Positions 11,412 to 23,713 of a stretch of DNA of 64,000 nucleotides are shown piece by piece. The position numbers and the translations under genes are program-made. The notes under the pieces are model-generated. The model made no database searches, was not told the DNA's origin, and saw only the letters and a list, made by a program, of their open reading frames with translations. Each line of letters opens with the position of its first letter. Position 1 is the stretch's first letter. Source of the DNA: Trypanosoma brucei (taxonomy: Eukaryota); the NCBI GenBank assembly GCA_000002445.1, contig CH464491.1:3904001-3968000 (forward strand). The letters are read 5' to 3'.

Positions 11412-13031
11412 CTACAGGGTCGTGATATTTGGATGCATCACCGCACTTAAACGCTGCAGAGCGATCCCGGCGGCAACTGCAACCGGCAAACCTGCCGAAA
11501 CGGTATCGGTGAAATCATGGGGAAGTACAGTTAAAATCTTTTCACATCGCTGAAGAATATGAAGCGGTGGTAATATACCCTCTTGAGGTACGACAAGCAA
11601 AACCCCTTCGCGTATTGCTTCCCTTAAAGTCTCCTCTGACTCGCATAAACTCAACATGCAGTTTGGGTCGGAATAACGAGTTTCGTACCACTTCACTGCC
11701 TCCAATGCAGCCTGACTACCTCCACTTCCCTGCAAGTCTTGCAAATCACTTACACGGCTTCTACTTGCAGAGTATAAAAATTTATGCCCACAATCCAAAA
11801 ACCACCACCTGCAGGGAACGTTTGCCTCATCGAGACGCTTTTTCATGAGGTTGAGTTGCGGTTCCATGTCTTCGATACTGCTTCCGCACCCTTCAAACAG
11901 GTCTCCCAAGTAAGTTGGTGGTGTGTAGTGCTGGGTGCCAACGGTTCCAACAACATTAATTTTACGTCGGCCAAAATAAAAGATGTTGTCAACAAGAAAT
12001 GCATTTGCACTACGAACAATACCCCCGAGGTTACGAAGATCTATTTCGTTCTGGCAGAGCACAGACAAACCGAAACAACGGCCCTTTCCAGGGCGACGTT
12101 GATCGGAGCAGGCTCGAAGCAAAAGTTTTCTCAGGTGGTTGTGAGTATCGATAATATTTTCCACATTTTTACCAAAATATAGAGGATGTATAGGCCGGGG
12201 GTCAATACGGGACGGCACGCCGTAGCCATGGGTCGTCGGAATCCGCTCTCGGAAGCAGCGTTGATAGCTAAGCAAAGCCTCCAGTTCATCATCTGTGTTT
12301 GGACAAAAGGCGCGTTTAGTTGTCTCTGTCATCAACGATCTCGAATGAGGGAAATTCTGGTCCAGAAAAGCATAAAAGAGTGCAATACCCATGGAAGTTA
12401 CTACGTTGAGTGAGCTAATCGTGCCGTATTGGGGTACGTACACAACACAGTCAGCGCATTGGCCATCACTCTCATCTGATATAGTCGCGTTATCACATTC
12501 AATATACTTGGAGCTCACACCTCGGTTCTCATGTCCGATGAGCAGCCGCGCTACCGACGAGATTCGACACGTAAAAAGGCTCTGAGACCGGTGGGTAAAG
12601 TTTTCCAGTGCCACTAGCGGGAAGTTCTCAGCCCATTGCCCCCTGAAAAACGCTTCTTTACCGAATTGGGCAACGCGATTAAGCACCAGTGATGTTGTTT
12701 CCGGATTCGAACCCGCATCGTCTGTACCACACTGGCGGTCGCGAATGTTCTTGATATCCTCTGCCTTAGAAAGCGAGAGAAACGAAGGTGGAACTGCCGT
12801 GCCATAGAACATACAAGTACGTATGGAATTCATTGCGTTAAAGGCACTGGTACAACCTTCCAAACCAACGGACAGATGTGGGAGATGACAGTGCTTCGGC
12901 CAACCCAGTCGGAGCATTTGGGACCACCGCGTCAGGGGATCATCCGTGCAAACCTTCCGCGGAGGTGCTGAGGCTTGTGGAAAACGTCTCGGTGTGACAC
13001 GCAAACGTAACAAGAGTTGATTGAAAAACAT
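11412..13031 (-). CDS. SPOUT-class (SpoU/TrmH-like) RNA 2'-O-ribose methyltransferase
   Basis: 539-aa minus ORF with ATG start verified. It carries SpoU motifs: motif 1 'NLGGIVRSANAF' and motif 3 'YGTISSLNVVTSMGIALFYA' (family consensus SLNVS.A.GI.LYE). Confidence 0.65.
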   Translation of the reverse strand: MFFNQLLLRLRVTPRRFPQASAPPRKVCTDDPLTRWSQMLRLGWPKHCHLPHLSVGLEGCTSAFNAMNSIRTCMFYGTAVPPSFLSLSKAEDIKNIRDRQCGTDDAGSNPETTSLVLNRVAQFGKEAFFRGQWAENFPLVALENFTHRSQSLFTCRISSVARLLIGHENRGVSSKYIECDNATISDESDGQCADCVVYVPQYGTISSLNVVTSMGIALFYAFLDQNFPHSRSLMTETTKRAFCPNTDDELEALLSYQRCFRERIPTTHGYGVPSRIDPRPIHPLYFGKNVENIIDTHNHLRKLLLRACSDQRRPGKGRCFGLSVLCQNEIDLRNLGGIVRSANAFLVDNIFYFGRRKINVVGTVGTQHYTPPTYLGDLFEGCGSSIEDMEPQLNLMKKRLDEANVPCRWWFLDCGHKFLYSASRSRVSDLQDLQGSGGSQAALEAVKWYETRYSDPNCMLSLCESEETLREAIREGVLLVVPQEGILPPLHILQRCEKILTVLPHDFTDTVSAGLPVAVAAGIALQRLSAVMHPNITTL

Positions 13032-13179
13032 CTCCCTCAGAAAGGGAGCCCAACTGCTTATTAACTAAGTAGACAGAACACTAATCAACCTCTCAAACTC
13101 AGACATGTGTTGTTTCGATGAGCCGTTATAATCAAAGTGTCCAAACAGAATCAGTTCGCAACCTTCTCAATAAAATGAT

Positions 13180-13312
13180 CAAAATTATCCTAGTTTACCA
13201 AGCAAATGAGAAAAAAAAAGAAGAAAATAGGGAAGGAGAAATCAGAGGTAGATTGTGGCAAGTCAAAGGGATAACACCCGAAAGCGAAAAAAAAGAACAG
13301 AAGTAAAGAAAC
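13180..13312 (-). promoter_or_regulatory. Polypyrimidine tract (minus strand) / probable trans-splice acceptor region upstream of the SPOUT methyltransferase gene
   Basis: The plus strand is purine-rich here (gaaaaaaaaagaagaaaatagggaaggagaaatcagagg...), so the coding minus strand is pyrimidine-rich, 150-280 nt upstream of the ATG at 13031. This is the typical kinetoplastid splice-acceptor/polyadenylation signal. Confidence 0.45.
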
Positions 13313-14073
13313 ACCTATTAACCGTAGCACGATCCGGAGAGTAACCGTACTAACTCATGCTCTGTGTCCCCCTTTCCCGTACATTTAAAACATACGACTG
13401 TTTGTGTGCTTTCATGTACTCTCTCCTGCATATGTAAGCTTATGCATACTTCATCACGTCATTTCGTTCACCACCTTGTCTCCTCGCTACAACTTTCTTT
13501 TTTTTTTCTTTCCTTTTCCATTATACTCCTTCTTTCCCCCTCCCCCCTCCTTCTTATTCATTTTTGCTTTACTTGATTAAAACGGCTGGAGAGCTTTTGC
13601 TTTCGTAGTTTAACCTCTCCGCCCCACCTCCTCCCCCCTCCCTCACAAACACACACGCCGTCACCACCACCACCCACTCGCCCAGGCAAAACGGTTGGCA
13701 CCTTCTCATTTCAGTTACTTCCGCCATTATATTCGTCTCGGTCCCATCTCTTCTATTTCAATCCTTTTTTTTCTTTTTCATTTCCCCCGCCACCACCGCG
13801 GCAACTGCAACGGCAAGGGAACGGCAATGAAAGAGGTGGAAAACGACATCGCTGGTGCCGGAGGGGAAAGACGATGATGATGATGATGAAGAAACAAAAA
13901 AAAAGGAGGGAGGGAGCAACTATCAAAAGGAACAAATTCATCATGCACACACATGTACACCCCAGTGTCACCCATTCGGCAAAAGCAAGCGACTCACATA
14001 GGGAAGCAAACACGCGTACTTATCATGAATGCACCGCTTTTCCGAAGAGTTACTCGGTCATTCTTCTCTTTGA

Positions 14074-14098
14074 TACATATACATATATATATATATAT
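14074..14098. repeat. (AT)n / (ATAC)n microsatellite
   Basis: Direct reading: atacatatacatatatatatatatat. Confidence 0.9.
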
Positions 14099-14649
14099 TT
14101 ATATAACTTAATCTGTTGGTTCGCTTCAACTTGTATCCCCACCCGCACAATCTTTGCTTCTTCCTTTATTTCTCCCCTTTTATGATCTATCCCCCGTTTT
14201 TACCCCTTTAAGAACGCGGCTATTAACAAGTAGCTGCTTTTTCCCCCTTACAAGTGAATCGGTTAACCATTTCATTGTATCTCCTACTTTCTTTATTGTG
14301 GTCATCTGTTGTTTTGTTTACACTCTTGCTTCCTTATCCGTTCACCCTGTTTGTACACTTGTACCTTTCAAAAAAAAAAAAGAAGTTAGTGATATATATA
14401 TATAACGAAAGCATCTTCCACGGACCACACGCAAGTCTTCATCGGAATGGCACCTCACCCATCTTCAATTTGGATCTCTTCTTCCATTCCTTCGATCACT
14501 TAACCGTCAAAATAGTAAGAAACTTTTTTTTCCTTTTTATTATACGTAACGAAAGGAACGAAACGCCAACGCTTGCGAGAAAGAACTTGAAGGAGCCAAT
14601 ACTCACATTTTCCCCACAAACATGGGTTTCACTGTTGGTGACATTGTTA

Positions 14650-15111
<462 letters not shown>

Positions 15112-16264
15112 TCAATTACGTTCGGTTAACCGGCCTGCCCCTTTTTCCTTTTTGCTCAACCTTTTAAAAAAAAAAACCTTTAAACTTATTGGATTTTTTC
15201 AACAAACCGTTTATTTCTCTATTTTCTTTTATTTTTTTTTACTTTCAACTTTTACACTCCCTTATTCCTTGTTTTCACTCTTCGCTTGAGCAAAATGAGT
15301 AGAAGATAATCCGCTTGTTTTATTACACACAAAAAGTATTTTTAGGGATACCACATCAGTATTTTCTCACGGACAACACCACCAAGGCCACTGTGAGATA
15401 TTAAAATATGAATATATAAGTGTTACCAATATTGTTATTGTTGTTATTATTTTACTCGCTGAGTTTCATGGCATTTTCGCAAATGCATACACACATACAT
15501 ACTCCCCCCCCCTTCCCCATTGTAATACCACTTTCAGGATTTGAAATTTTAGGGAAAGGGAAGAAAATGTGTGTATGGGTTGCTGATTTGGTTTGATTTA
15601 AAGTTGCCTCCTAGAAGATGGAGCAGAAGGAAGGGAAGAACGATAACGGAACAAATGAAAGTCGCCGGTTCAGTTCGGGTGCTGCTTACGCGAAGAGTTT
15701 ACCTCCTCCGACAACCTAACAGTGGTAAATGAAGTAAACATAATGAAACACGTATCTGTGATCAATAGCCCAGCAATCTAAACCGTGCTGTATCGAACTT
15801 CCATCGCGTCGGGACATACCCGCCTCACGTGTGACATTGCACAAAACAGACCCCCACTGAGCATCAAAGGTAGTTTAACTAGCATAGACAATGGGAAAAA
15901 ACCGATGCGATACGGCACCAGCATATGACGAACGAACCCTCTCCCCTCCAAGCTTCTGAAGTGTCAACACACTATCACTCGACAATTAACCGCAACCATC
16001 ACCTCTTCAGTATAATCCCTAACTTCTATTGGAGGGTATTGAAACACTTTTACCCCAACCCTAACCCCCCTTTTTCCTTATCATTATCACGTTAATACCA
16101 CAAGAGAAATAAGGCCTTGTATGTGCTCGCGCATTGATCATAGTCCCACGCTTACAACTTAAGCCCTCTACCAGAGCTGGTTACCGATATAATCGATATA
16201 ACGCGCCCTGCGTTTCGTCAACATGTGTGTGTGGGGGGTGGGTGGGAGAAGCGCACGCCTTCGT

Positions 16265-18379
16265 TCATTCGGCCGTTTTGAAAGGCCTCTTGCGGGCTGG
16301 TGACTCATGCGTGCTTTCACTTCCATTGCGGTCTTCCTTCCTTGTGCGACGTAACGTCTGCCGCAGCGTTGGGTTCAGTCCTGTTCCTTGTCCCTTTTCC
16401 TTCTCCCCAGCGCCTGTGAGCCAAGTCTCCACCTTAAGGAAAACAACATTGCTCATTGCTTCCTTCAGCTGAGCGCTTCCGCATTGCTGCATCGTTTCGA
16501 GCACGATGCGCCCTGCCCACGGAGAAATTGATAACTCAAAGACAAACGGCTTCAACTCATTCATAAGATGCTTGCGTTGCGTATCTAAACCACGCGACGT
16601 GCATTCACGTAGAAGAGCTTGGACGACATAACAGGCATGGCTGTGAAGTGAGTAGGAAACCAAAGCGTGGGAATCAACACCATAATGCTTATTTCTGTTC
16701 ATCTCCCTTATTTTTTTGCGGCTTAACCTCCTTCCCCCAACCCCCACATCCTGTTCTTCCCCCGTCTCATCTCGTCCATCTCCCCGTGCTTCATCGCCCT
16801 TTTTGTTACCTTCAGCCTGAGATGCGGCTATGAAGTCACCAGCAACACGAGCAACCACTTCGTCGGAGGCGTACGCAAGGAGTTTCTGCATTACACGAGA
16901 CCCTTGAGCATATGACAAGACATTGCGCATATCCAAGAAAGCGCCTATCAACTCTTCCACAAGCATTCCTCTCAGTTTCAGGGATCCGTGTTGTAGCATA
17001 ACTTGAATAACGTAGGATGCTGACGAGTGCAGCACAAGTTTCTGTACCTCCCCCTTAATAGATTCGAAGATAAGGAAAGTAACAGCTTCATCACTGCGGG
17101 AGCATTCCAACAATTTCTGTATCACAGGTGACGAAACAGGGTCCTGTGAGAGTGTCAGTGTCGACTCTGCCAAGTGACGTCGATGCGCAGCGGTAAATCG
17201 CTTATTATCGACCTCCATAGCAGCACGAAGGAGCATCGTTCCTACTGGATCCTGCGAAACTTCAACGACGTCACGCCCCTCATTTCCCACCAAGGCATTC
17301 CACAATGCATCTTGACTTTCTGGGTAGGACTTAAAGGCAGCAACAGCTACGTTAATTACAAACTTATGCGAAACAATATGGTCTACAAGACCCGGTGCAG
17401 CCACGATACAGTCCCATAGTTCCTTCCGCTGGGCAAAGTCGCCGTACTCAAATACAGTTACGTAAAGATGCAGGTGTCTCGGTGACCCCTGGTCATGTCC
17501 ACGAGAAGCCTTTGTAAGGGGAAGATCTCCAAACTCGGGTGCTGCGAATTCGTCATCCTCTGCCACTTTCTCCCCTTTTTGGGCTCCGGTACAAACACTT
17601 TGTGGGTTTAGGTATTCACCAGCATATTCAGAGAGGTGGGCACACAGGGCGTCCTTCACCCTCGAAGGAACAAGGGGATGCTTGAGTAGCGCCGAGAGCG
17701 TCATATTATCGTTAGTGGTTTTAATAACTTGACTAATTCGCTCTTGAAGTGTGTCATCCCCTGTTTTACCTTTCTTCAAGGTGACGTCATCGTCAAGACC
17801 GAAGAGCGCTTTACATACCTGTTTCCAACCGTCGCTGGTGACCCCAACGTATTTGGCTACGACACGTTGCCCAAACTCGTGAAGCGCAAGCTGGCCAAGG
17901 TAAGGGAGGAAACGTTCCTCAACCACTTCGCAGGAGGAAGGGTATTCAATAATCTTTTGAGCAACATAATTCCCGATTCGGTGGGTGCAGAGTCTTTTGA
18001 ACTCGTCTTCCTCAGCATTGAGAACAAATACCTCAGCAATTTCTTTTTTTTGCTTTGCAGGAAGTTTTTCCAACATTTCCCTAACGATAATATTCCCTAC
18101 ATTGGACCGGCTAAGGTCTACGAGCTTCCGCCTCAACTGGTAGAGCACTTGCACTCGTATCAAACCATCACATTTGTCCAGCAGTGTGTTCAGTAGGTAG
18201 TGCGTTGATTTGTTAAGACTCAATGCATAAACATTAGGGAGGATTTTCTGCACAATTTTTGCACGCTGAGCGGGTTTGCCGTACAGTAGGGCCGCCTCCA
18301 CTTGATGAAGAGGCATCGACCTCCCTGTTGCTAGTCGCTGGGAGACATTTTTTAAGAAGTCTAAACGCATTTTTGGCAT
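16265..18379 (-). CDS. Pumilio/PUF-family RNA-binding protein (704 aa)
   Basis: ATG verified. It has repeated PUF-repeat signatures: 'GNYVAQKIIEY', 'HEFGQRVVAKYV', 'HSSASYVIQVMLQHG', 'HSHACYVVQALLRE'. Confidence 0.75.
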   Translation of the reverse strand: MPKMRLDFLKNVSQRLATGRSMPLHQVEAALLYGKPAQRAKIVQKILPNVYALSLNKSTHYLLNTLLDKCDGLIRVQVLYQLRRKLVDLSRSNVGNIIVREMLEKLPAKQKKEIAEVFVLNAEEDEFKRLCTHRIGNYVAQKIIEYPSSCEVVEERFLPYLGQLALHEFGQRVVAKYVGVTSDGWKQVCKALFGLDDDVTLKKGKTGDDTLQERISQVIKTTNDNMTLSALLKHPLVPSRVKDALCAHLSEYAGEYLNPQSVCTGAQKGEKVAEDDEFAAPEFGDLPLTKASRGHDQGSPRHLHLYVTVFEYGDFAQRKELWDCIVAAPGLVDHIVSHKFVINVAVAAFKSYPESQDALWNALVGNEGRDVVEVSQDPVGTMLLRAAMEVDNKRFTAAHRRHLAESTLTLSQDPVSSPVIQKLLECSRSDEAVTFLIFESIKGEVQKLVLHSSASYVIQVMLQHGSLKLRGMLVEELIGAFLDMRNVLSYAQGSRVMQKLLAYASDEVVARVAGDFIAASQAEGNKKGDEARGDGRDETGEEQDVGVGGRRLSRKKIREMNRNKHYGVDSHALVSYSLHSHACYVVQALLRECTSRGLDTQRKHLMNELKPFVFELSISPWAGRIVLETMQQCGSAQLKEAMSNVVFLKVETWLTGAGEKEKGQGTGLNPTLRQTLRRTRKEDRNGSESTHESPARKRPFKTAE

Positions 18380-19199
18380 TGCTCCCTTTAGTTCACTTCA
18401 AGTTTTGTTCTTTACGCAAGGACACACACCAGCCGTCCCCTCTCTTGTCAACCCGAGTTGATAATAGTGCTGCGAGAAATGAATGCCTCCTCCCCACGCT
18501 TAGAAAGTAAGCGGGGAAGCGCGAAGTCGGGGAGAAGGAAAAAGGTTTAAAAATAAAGGAAAAGCAGAATAGCTACAGCACGAGCTGATACAGATACAAC
18601 TAGCAGTGGCCCACATGTCCACGAATATTGCAGCGAAATATAAACAGGTAAAAACATCAAATATATGCGATGAACAAAGAAGAAGTCCCAGGGAAACAAC
18701 GACAAGAGGACAAGGACCTTTTCTAGGAAATAACTGAACGATCATCAAAAATGATGGCAGTGAATGAAGGCCACCACTCAAATTGTATACAGTTCCCCAT
18801 GCGATAATATTACGGTTGTCATATAGTAAATAAAAAAAACTGTAGGAGGGGGTGAAATGGACAAGAAGATATTTGAAAAAAGACATCAAGTAGTATTTGA
18901 AGTAAATTAGACAACATTCGTTTGCTTATAAATAACCCCGGGGAAAATAGTGGCATGCAATATCCACACCTTTACCATGTTGCGGAGGTGTGCTTTGGCC
19001 GTTGTGGACAACGAAAATTGTACAAAGTAATCCGTAAGCACAATGAGTTTTGAAGAAAAAAAAAAGAGAACAGTAACATAAGGAAAATGACAGCTGCTTA
19101 ATATATAATACATGCCGACAACAAATAGCGGATCCCTATATTTACCCTTATCTCACGCGCAAAAAAATTACCCTCACCCTGACTCAACTTTCCCCCCCC

Positions 19200-21671
19200 T
19201 TACTCCATCTCCCTTCGCTTAAGAGACTCGTTGTGTATCCGCACACCGACATAATATACATCGCCATATCCTGTGTTTGTCAGGCAACTGGCCTCTTTTG
19301 CGGCTTTGTTGTAAAGCTCCCATATAGTATCAATCTGAGTATGGATTATTTCGTTCCGCTCCCTTGCTTCCCATTGCAACAGCTGAACAGTCAGTTCTTC
19401 TACATCTTCGGAGTCAAGAGAAGAACCGGTAGAACTTTCCGTGCACCACAGCCCACGCAGAAGATACACTGGACAGAGTGGGGTATACTGCGCCTGCGCG
19501 AAAACACGAGCAATTTCCCCCACTTTTCGACCAGCGGACGCGGCAATGGTACATTCGGCTTCTCCAAGGGCGGATAGAGCGGAGTTTCCAAGCATAACAT
19601 ACGGATCTCGCTCCGCCGCGATACTCAAAACAATATTCAGCATTGGAAACATGGCAGAGTCGGGGGAGGTGCTTGGTGTTTCTCCACAACAAACACCAAC
19701 CGGTGTCCCCCGCTGAAACATACAATCTTTCACTCCTCCACCGGATAGTCGCCGCCGAAATTCAGCGTCGTTAGCCACCTGTAACTTCAATTCTTGTTCC
19801 ATCAACAAATTGAGAATCTCGTGCTCCTCCTCCAAAGAACGGACTAGTTCTGTTTGAGTTGCAGTTGCGTCACCGCTCGACTTGACGTCAGTGTCGCGTC
19901 CCTTTGACCCATTTGGCGCGCACACAACATTTCTCACACATTCGGCCACATGGCGATCCTCTGGACTCATGTTTTCGCGCATCCGTGCGCTGTCCTCAAA
20001 TACCTTTAAGACATCTAAAATGACACGCTCATCCTCCACCGAAATGGCAATATCCGTACGCTTGGAGGCGCTGCTGTCTCGGGATCTAATACTCGCCTGA
20101 AATTCTTTGAAGGCTTCTGACTCACAACTCGTTTTTAACGTGAGTGCGGCCGAGCTGGCACGCTCTAAGGGTAGACTCAGCCGTTGCTGACTACGGCCTT
20201 CAAGGCGTCCAGCAGGGCTTACGCCCCCACATTTGCTATCAGAATCGCCGGCGGTGGCACGACAATCTGGCGCTCCACCTCCGCCATGACGCAAATTGTT
20301 TTCGAACTCGATTAGGGTTTGGATGGCCTCATGTTCTTCTTGTGAATTGAGATTTGTGTACTTCCCGCAAGGTGACACCTCTTCACTGAGTTTTTCACAG
20401 TTGCGATCCTCCACAGGCGGCGAGACACTCTCTCCTTGTTTGTGTTGGATGGCATTTACCAGCTGCATCTCTTTCTCTGTTGGTTCATCCAAGAGGCACA
20501 TATTCAATTCATTTTCCCCTTTGAGAATTGACTCCTCTTTCAATTTGTCAAGTATAGCTTTGCGCTTTTCCTCCTCGATTAGAAGTTCCTTCTCCATTTT
20601 CGCTTCTTGGGTCCTCCTCTTCGCCACCTTCATCTTCACATCGCACATGCTGGCTATCGCGGCGGTGTCAAATGCAACCCTTTGAAGCAATTCTTCCATT
20701 ATGATATCATCCCTCGTCGCCACCTCTTCATTGTTTATATCGTTTATCTTCAAGGTCATGCGATGGCCAGCAAACCCTCGTTGTTTTTCCACTCTCCATG
20801 CCCGTCGTCCCTCTTCTAGAAATGCCTCTTCCAAGAAACGGTCCGTCGAATTGTCCTTATTCGAAGTATGAATAGAATCATACCTCTTGCTTCTGGTATT
20901 TGTCACTGGCTTTACCTTCCTCTTGCAAAGACTGGGAGGAAGTCGGCGCCGGTTTTTGTCCTCTTCGAAAAAGAAGGAGGGAAGAATCATGTTGAAAGGC
21001 CTATTGTCCTTGAACCATGTTAGTAGAGTCTTCAAGTCTTGCTTTTCCTCCTCAACCGCTGTTTCTCGCATCCTCTTGTAGTCGGGCATGATTTCTTCGA
21101 TCTGTTTACGTAGGTTCGCCTCGAAACGCCTCTGCATGTTGTCGGCGGTGGAGGTCATCTCAATGAAAAAACACATGTAACGTCGCTCTTCCTCACGTTC
21201 AATTAGGTTGCGTGCCTCCTCTTCCCTCAAACAGATGTCATTACTGAGGTGAATCCCAGCCTCAGCAAGATAATCTACCCATAGACGGACAGAAATCCGC
21301 TGTTCCTCAAATATAATGTCGTCTCTAGATTCTTTCTCCCTTTTACATATGTTGAGGACGCACGCATACTCGTATTCGAAGAGCGACTCGTCAGGTTTTA
21401 CTGTGCCCTTCGTACCGAAGGAGTGTAAACCCGGCCTCGCAGACGCCTCGGCCCTCACCCCTGAAACACGGGGAAGCGACTCTAATACAGTTGGATACCT
21501 ATGCCGAGGGAGGCTCGGCCTGTAGGGACTTGGTGGATTAATTGGGTCCAGTTTGATTACTGCTGGTTGATCCCACGAAGGTAAATGTGGGAGTCCGGGA
21601 CCCCTGCCCATCCCAGCCGCAGGCTGACAGTCCGCCTGCACGGTATGAGCAATTGTAGGCAACTTAAGCAT
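19200..21671 (-). CDS. Hypothetical protein, 823 aa, charged/coiled-coil-like central region
   Basis: Long minus ORF with verified ATG start and no recognisable domain. The central region is rich in E/K/R (EEEKRKAILDKLKEESILKGENE...). Confidence 0.55.
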   Translation of the reverse strand: MLKLPTIAHTVQADCQPAAGMGRGPGLPHLPSWDQPAVIKLDPINPPSPYRPSLPRHRYPTVLESLPRVSGVRAEASARPGLHSFGTKGTVKPDESLFEYEYACVLNICKREKESRDDIIFEEQRISVRLWVDYLAEAGIHLSNDICLREEEARNLIEREEERRYMCFFIEMTSTADNMQRRFEANLRKQIEEIMPDYKRMRETAVEEEKQDLKTLLTWFKDNRPFNMILPSFFFEEDKNRRRLPPSLCKRKVKPVTNTRSKRYDSIHTSNKDNSTDRFLEEAFLEEGRRAWRVEKQRGFAGHRMTLKINDINNEEVATRDDIIMEELLQRVAFDTAAIASMCDVKMKVAKRRTQEAKMEKELLIEEEKRKAILDKLKEESILKGENELNMCLLDEPTEKEMQLVNAIQHKQGESVSPPVEDRNCEKLSEEVSPCGKYTNLNSQEEHEAIQTLIEFENNLRHGGGGAPDCRATAGDSDSKCGGVSPAGRLEGRSQQRLSLPLERASSAALTLKTSCESEAFKEFQASIRSRDSSASKRTDIAISVEDERVILDVLKVFEDSARMRENMSPEDRHVAECVRNVVCAPNGSKGRDTDVKSSGDATATQTELVRSLEEEHEILNLLMEQELKLQVANDAEFRRRLSGGGVKDCMFQRGTPVGVCCGETPSTSPDSAMFPMLNIVLSIAAERDPYVMLGNSALSALGEAECTIAASAGRKVGEIARVFAQAQYTPLCPVYLLRGLWCTESSTGSSLDSEDVEELTVQLLQWEARERNEIIHTQIDTIWELYNKAAKEASCLTNTGYGDVYYVGVRIHNESLKRREME

Positions 21672-22189
21672 TGGTTAAGAGATCACACGTGCACACCTGC
21701 GCCCCTTTTCCCTTGGGTCAGAGAAGGTACAAATATATTTTGAAGGTACCGACAAACCAGAAAGAAGGGGACAAGCTGCAGGAGACGGTAGTAAGCAAAA
21801 GACACAAGCATACATGCGCGCAACAACAGCAAAAGAAAAATGGAATATTTCGTATATTTAATTGCCTTGAAAATACAAAATGTATGGGGTGTTCCTCAGT
21901 GTGAAATATATTCAAACTAAAGCTGCGGGGGGACAGAGGGGGAAAAAAAACGTGTCGACAAAGGTACCCCTCCAACCCTGTACCGTCACTCGCATGTGCG
22001 TGAAGGAAAACGAATCCCCGTAATAGAAAACGATAACACAGGTGCCGATTTTACCCGCATCTGCACCACAAACACTTCCCACACGTGTGAAATAAACGTT
22101 ACTCACCTCCAAATCCCCCACACCAATCACAGTACTTCAGCGGGGAGGAAAACCTGGTAGAGTGGTAGAAAACATTTGCTGTCCGTTTT

Positions 22190-23713
22190 CTACCGTCTGT
22201 ACGTTATGGGAACACCGTTTGCTCCTAGTGTCGTCCGTCTGGACCATAAACTCAGCATAGAGCCATCCATCATCCTTGTTGGCTCTGCTTGAGCCCAAAA
22301 AATTGGATCGTCACCAACATTTGTCGAACCATCGGGACGGTGCCGTGCCCGAACACGAAGTTCTGAAGGCTTTCGTGCATGATAGGCAAGAATCGCTTCG
22401 ATTTCCTCGTCCAAAGGAGCTGCGGGTTCCAACATCCCGCGCGATTCGTAAAACTCCTGTACTTGAATGTCCCACTTCGTTTGAAAAAACGTAACGGCAC
22501 TTGGATCAGGCGGCAAAACCTGTTCAATCCGCGAGAGCATCTCCACCGACGATGAGGGTATCCCATCACGGTGTTGAGCATGAAGTCTGAAGTTTGCTCT
22601 TGCGGCAAAGCTCGCCTTACTGTCATCCAACGCGCATGACGCACCAGATACATAACTTCTTTGCTTAAAGAGCATACAAATGTGCCGGGTGGTCCCCGCA
22701 TCCTCTGTTGGTAGCGGTGGAGTGTACGATACGATAACATCGCCTTCCTTCGCGATAGGTGCTGGGTTGCGCACAAGTTCTTCCAAGTGCTGTCTCTTTT
22801 GATTGTTCTGCCGCTGCTTACTTTCATATTCCTCAAGCACAGTGAAGTTTCCACCCCCTTTAAGATTTGACATCATATAGTTGAGGAAAAAACCTCTTTG
22901 GGTCGACGCGTCAACACTTGCAGGCACGCGGAACGGATAGTCAGGTGAGGCGATTATTAGGGTGTACCATACCTCATCACTACCCTCCTCAGTTGCGTCT
23001 TTTTCCACTGCTTTTCCTTGTCCAGTCGCTGACACCGTATCAAGAAAAAAGATGGATGGTGGATGTTGAAGATCTGCCAGTTCGATGTAGTTGCCGCAGT
23101 GCGCCGTCATCCAAAAGTTGCGATGCGTCATCCTAGACACAGGTGGTGGTGGGGGTAGTGGTTCCCCCGTTTCTTCACACAGTCGCGCTCTCGTCGCATA
23201 AACTCCTGGAAAGACTACGGAAAGGTTCACATCCTGTCGCACATGCGGCAGATAGTTGGGCAAAATTTCATGCTTGCGAAGGTACTTCAGTGAGCGCTTG
23301 CGATGCTGCTTCCACGGAGCAGACCCTGAAAGCGGCAGTAACAAGCGGTGGTCCTCTTCCGGGAGTGGAGGGTATGATGTGCGTTCAAAGTCCGACACAT
23401 TCCAATACACAAAGAAATCTGGTGGTTCAGTGATGTTGAAGAGATGCGGAGTATCCAGTTCATTTTCGTACACCGGGTACTGGAACATTGTGTCACTAAG
23501 CACAGTTTTCTCATAAGGATACTGGAAGTCGTGTAACGCTTGTGGCCGCGGAAGTTTCTCGATCTGCCGCACCTTACGATCTGCCTCGCGTTGCTCTCGC
23601 GTGCGTACATCCTTTGTACTCACCTTAGTTTTCCATCCTGGCATGTGATAAGCACGTAGTGGCATCATGTACCAAGTAGGGTGCACGTTGTAACTACATC
23701 GACGCATTACCAT
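22190..23713 (-). CDS. PEBP (phosphatidylethanolamine-binding protein) family domain protein, possibly mitoribosomal mL38-like
   Basis: The track start at 23725 is GTG; the first ATG is at 23713. PEBP motifs: 'YTLIIASPDYPFRVP' (DPDxP-like) and 'GTTRHICMLFKQ' (GxHRYxFxLFKQ-like). The large size, about 507 aa, resembles MRPL38-type PEBP proteins. Confidence 0.5.
   Translation of the reverse strand: MVMRRCSYNVHPTWYMMPLRAYHMPGWKTKVSTKDVRTREQREADRKVRQIEKLPRPQALHDFQYPYEKTVLSDTMFQYPVYENELDTPHLFNITEPPDFFVYWNVSDFERTSYPPLPEEDHRLLLPLSGSAPWKQHRKRSLKYLRKHEILPNYLPHVRQDVNLSVVFPGVYATRARLCEETGEPLPPPPPVSRMTHRNFWMTAHCGNYIELADLQHPPSIFFLDTVSATGQGKAVEKDATEEGSDEVWYTLIIASPDYPFRVPASVDASTQRGFFLNYMMSNLKGGGNFTVLEEYESKQRQNNQKRQHLEELVRNPAPIAKEGDVIVSYTPPLPTEDAGTTRHICMLFKQRSYVSGASCALDDSKASFAARANFRLHAQHRDGIPSSSVEMLSRIEQVLPPDPSAVTFFQTKWDIQVQEFYESRGMLEPAAPLDEEIEAILAYHARKPSELRVRARHRPDGSTNVGDDPIFWAQAEPTRMMDGSMLSLWSRRTTLGANGVPITYRR

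Noticed and set aside
12696-12716. tRNA-like T-loop motif: plus 'ggattcgaacc' is the reverse complement of the GGTTCGAATCC T-arm
   Set aside because: It lies inside the SPOUT methyltransferase CDS (encoding ...AGSNPETT...). The flanking bases do not form a T-stem or acceptor stem (GCGGG / CCGGA are not complementary). There is no cloverleaf, so the match is coincidental.
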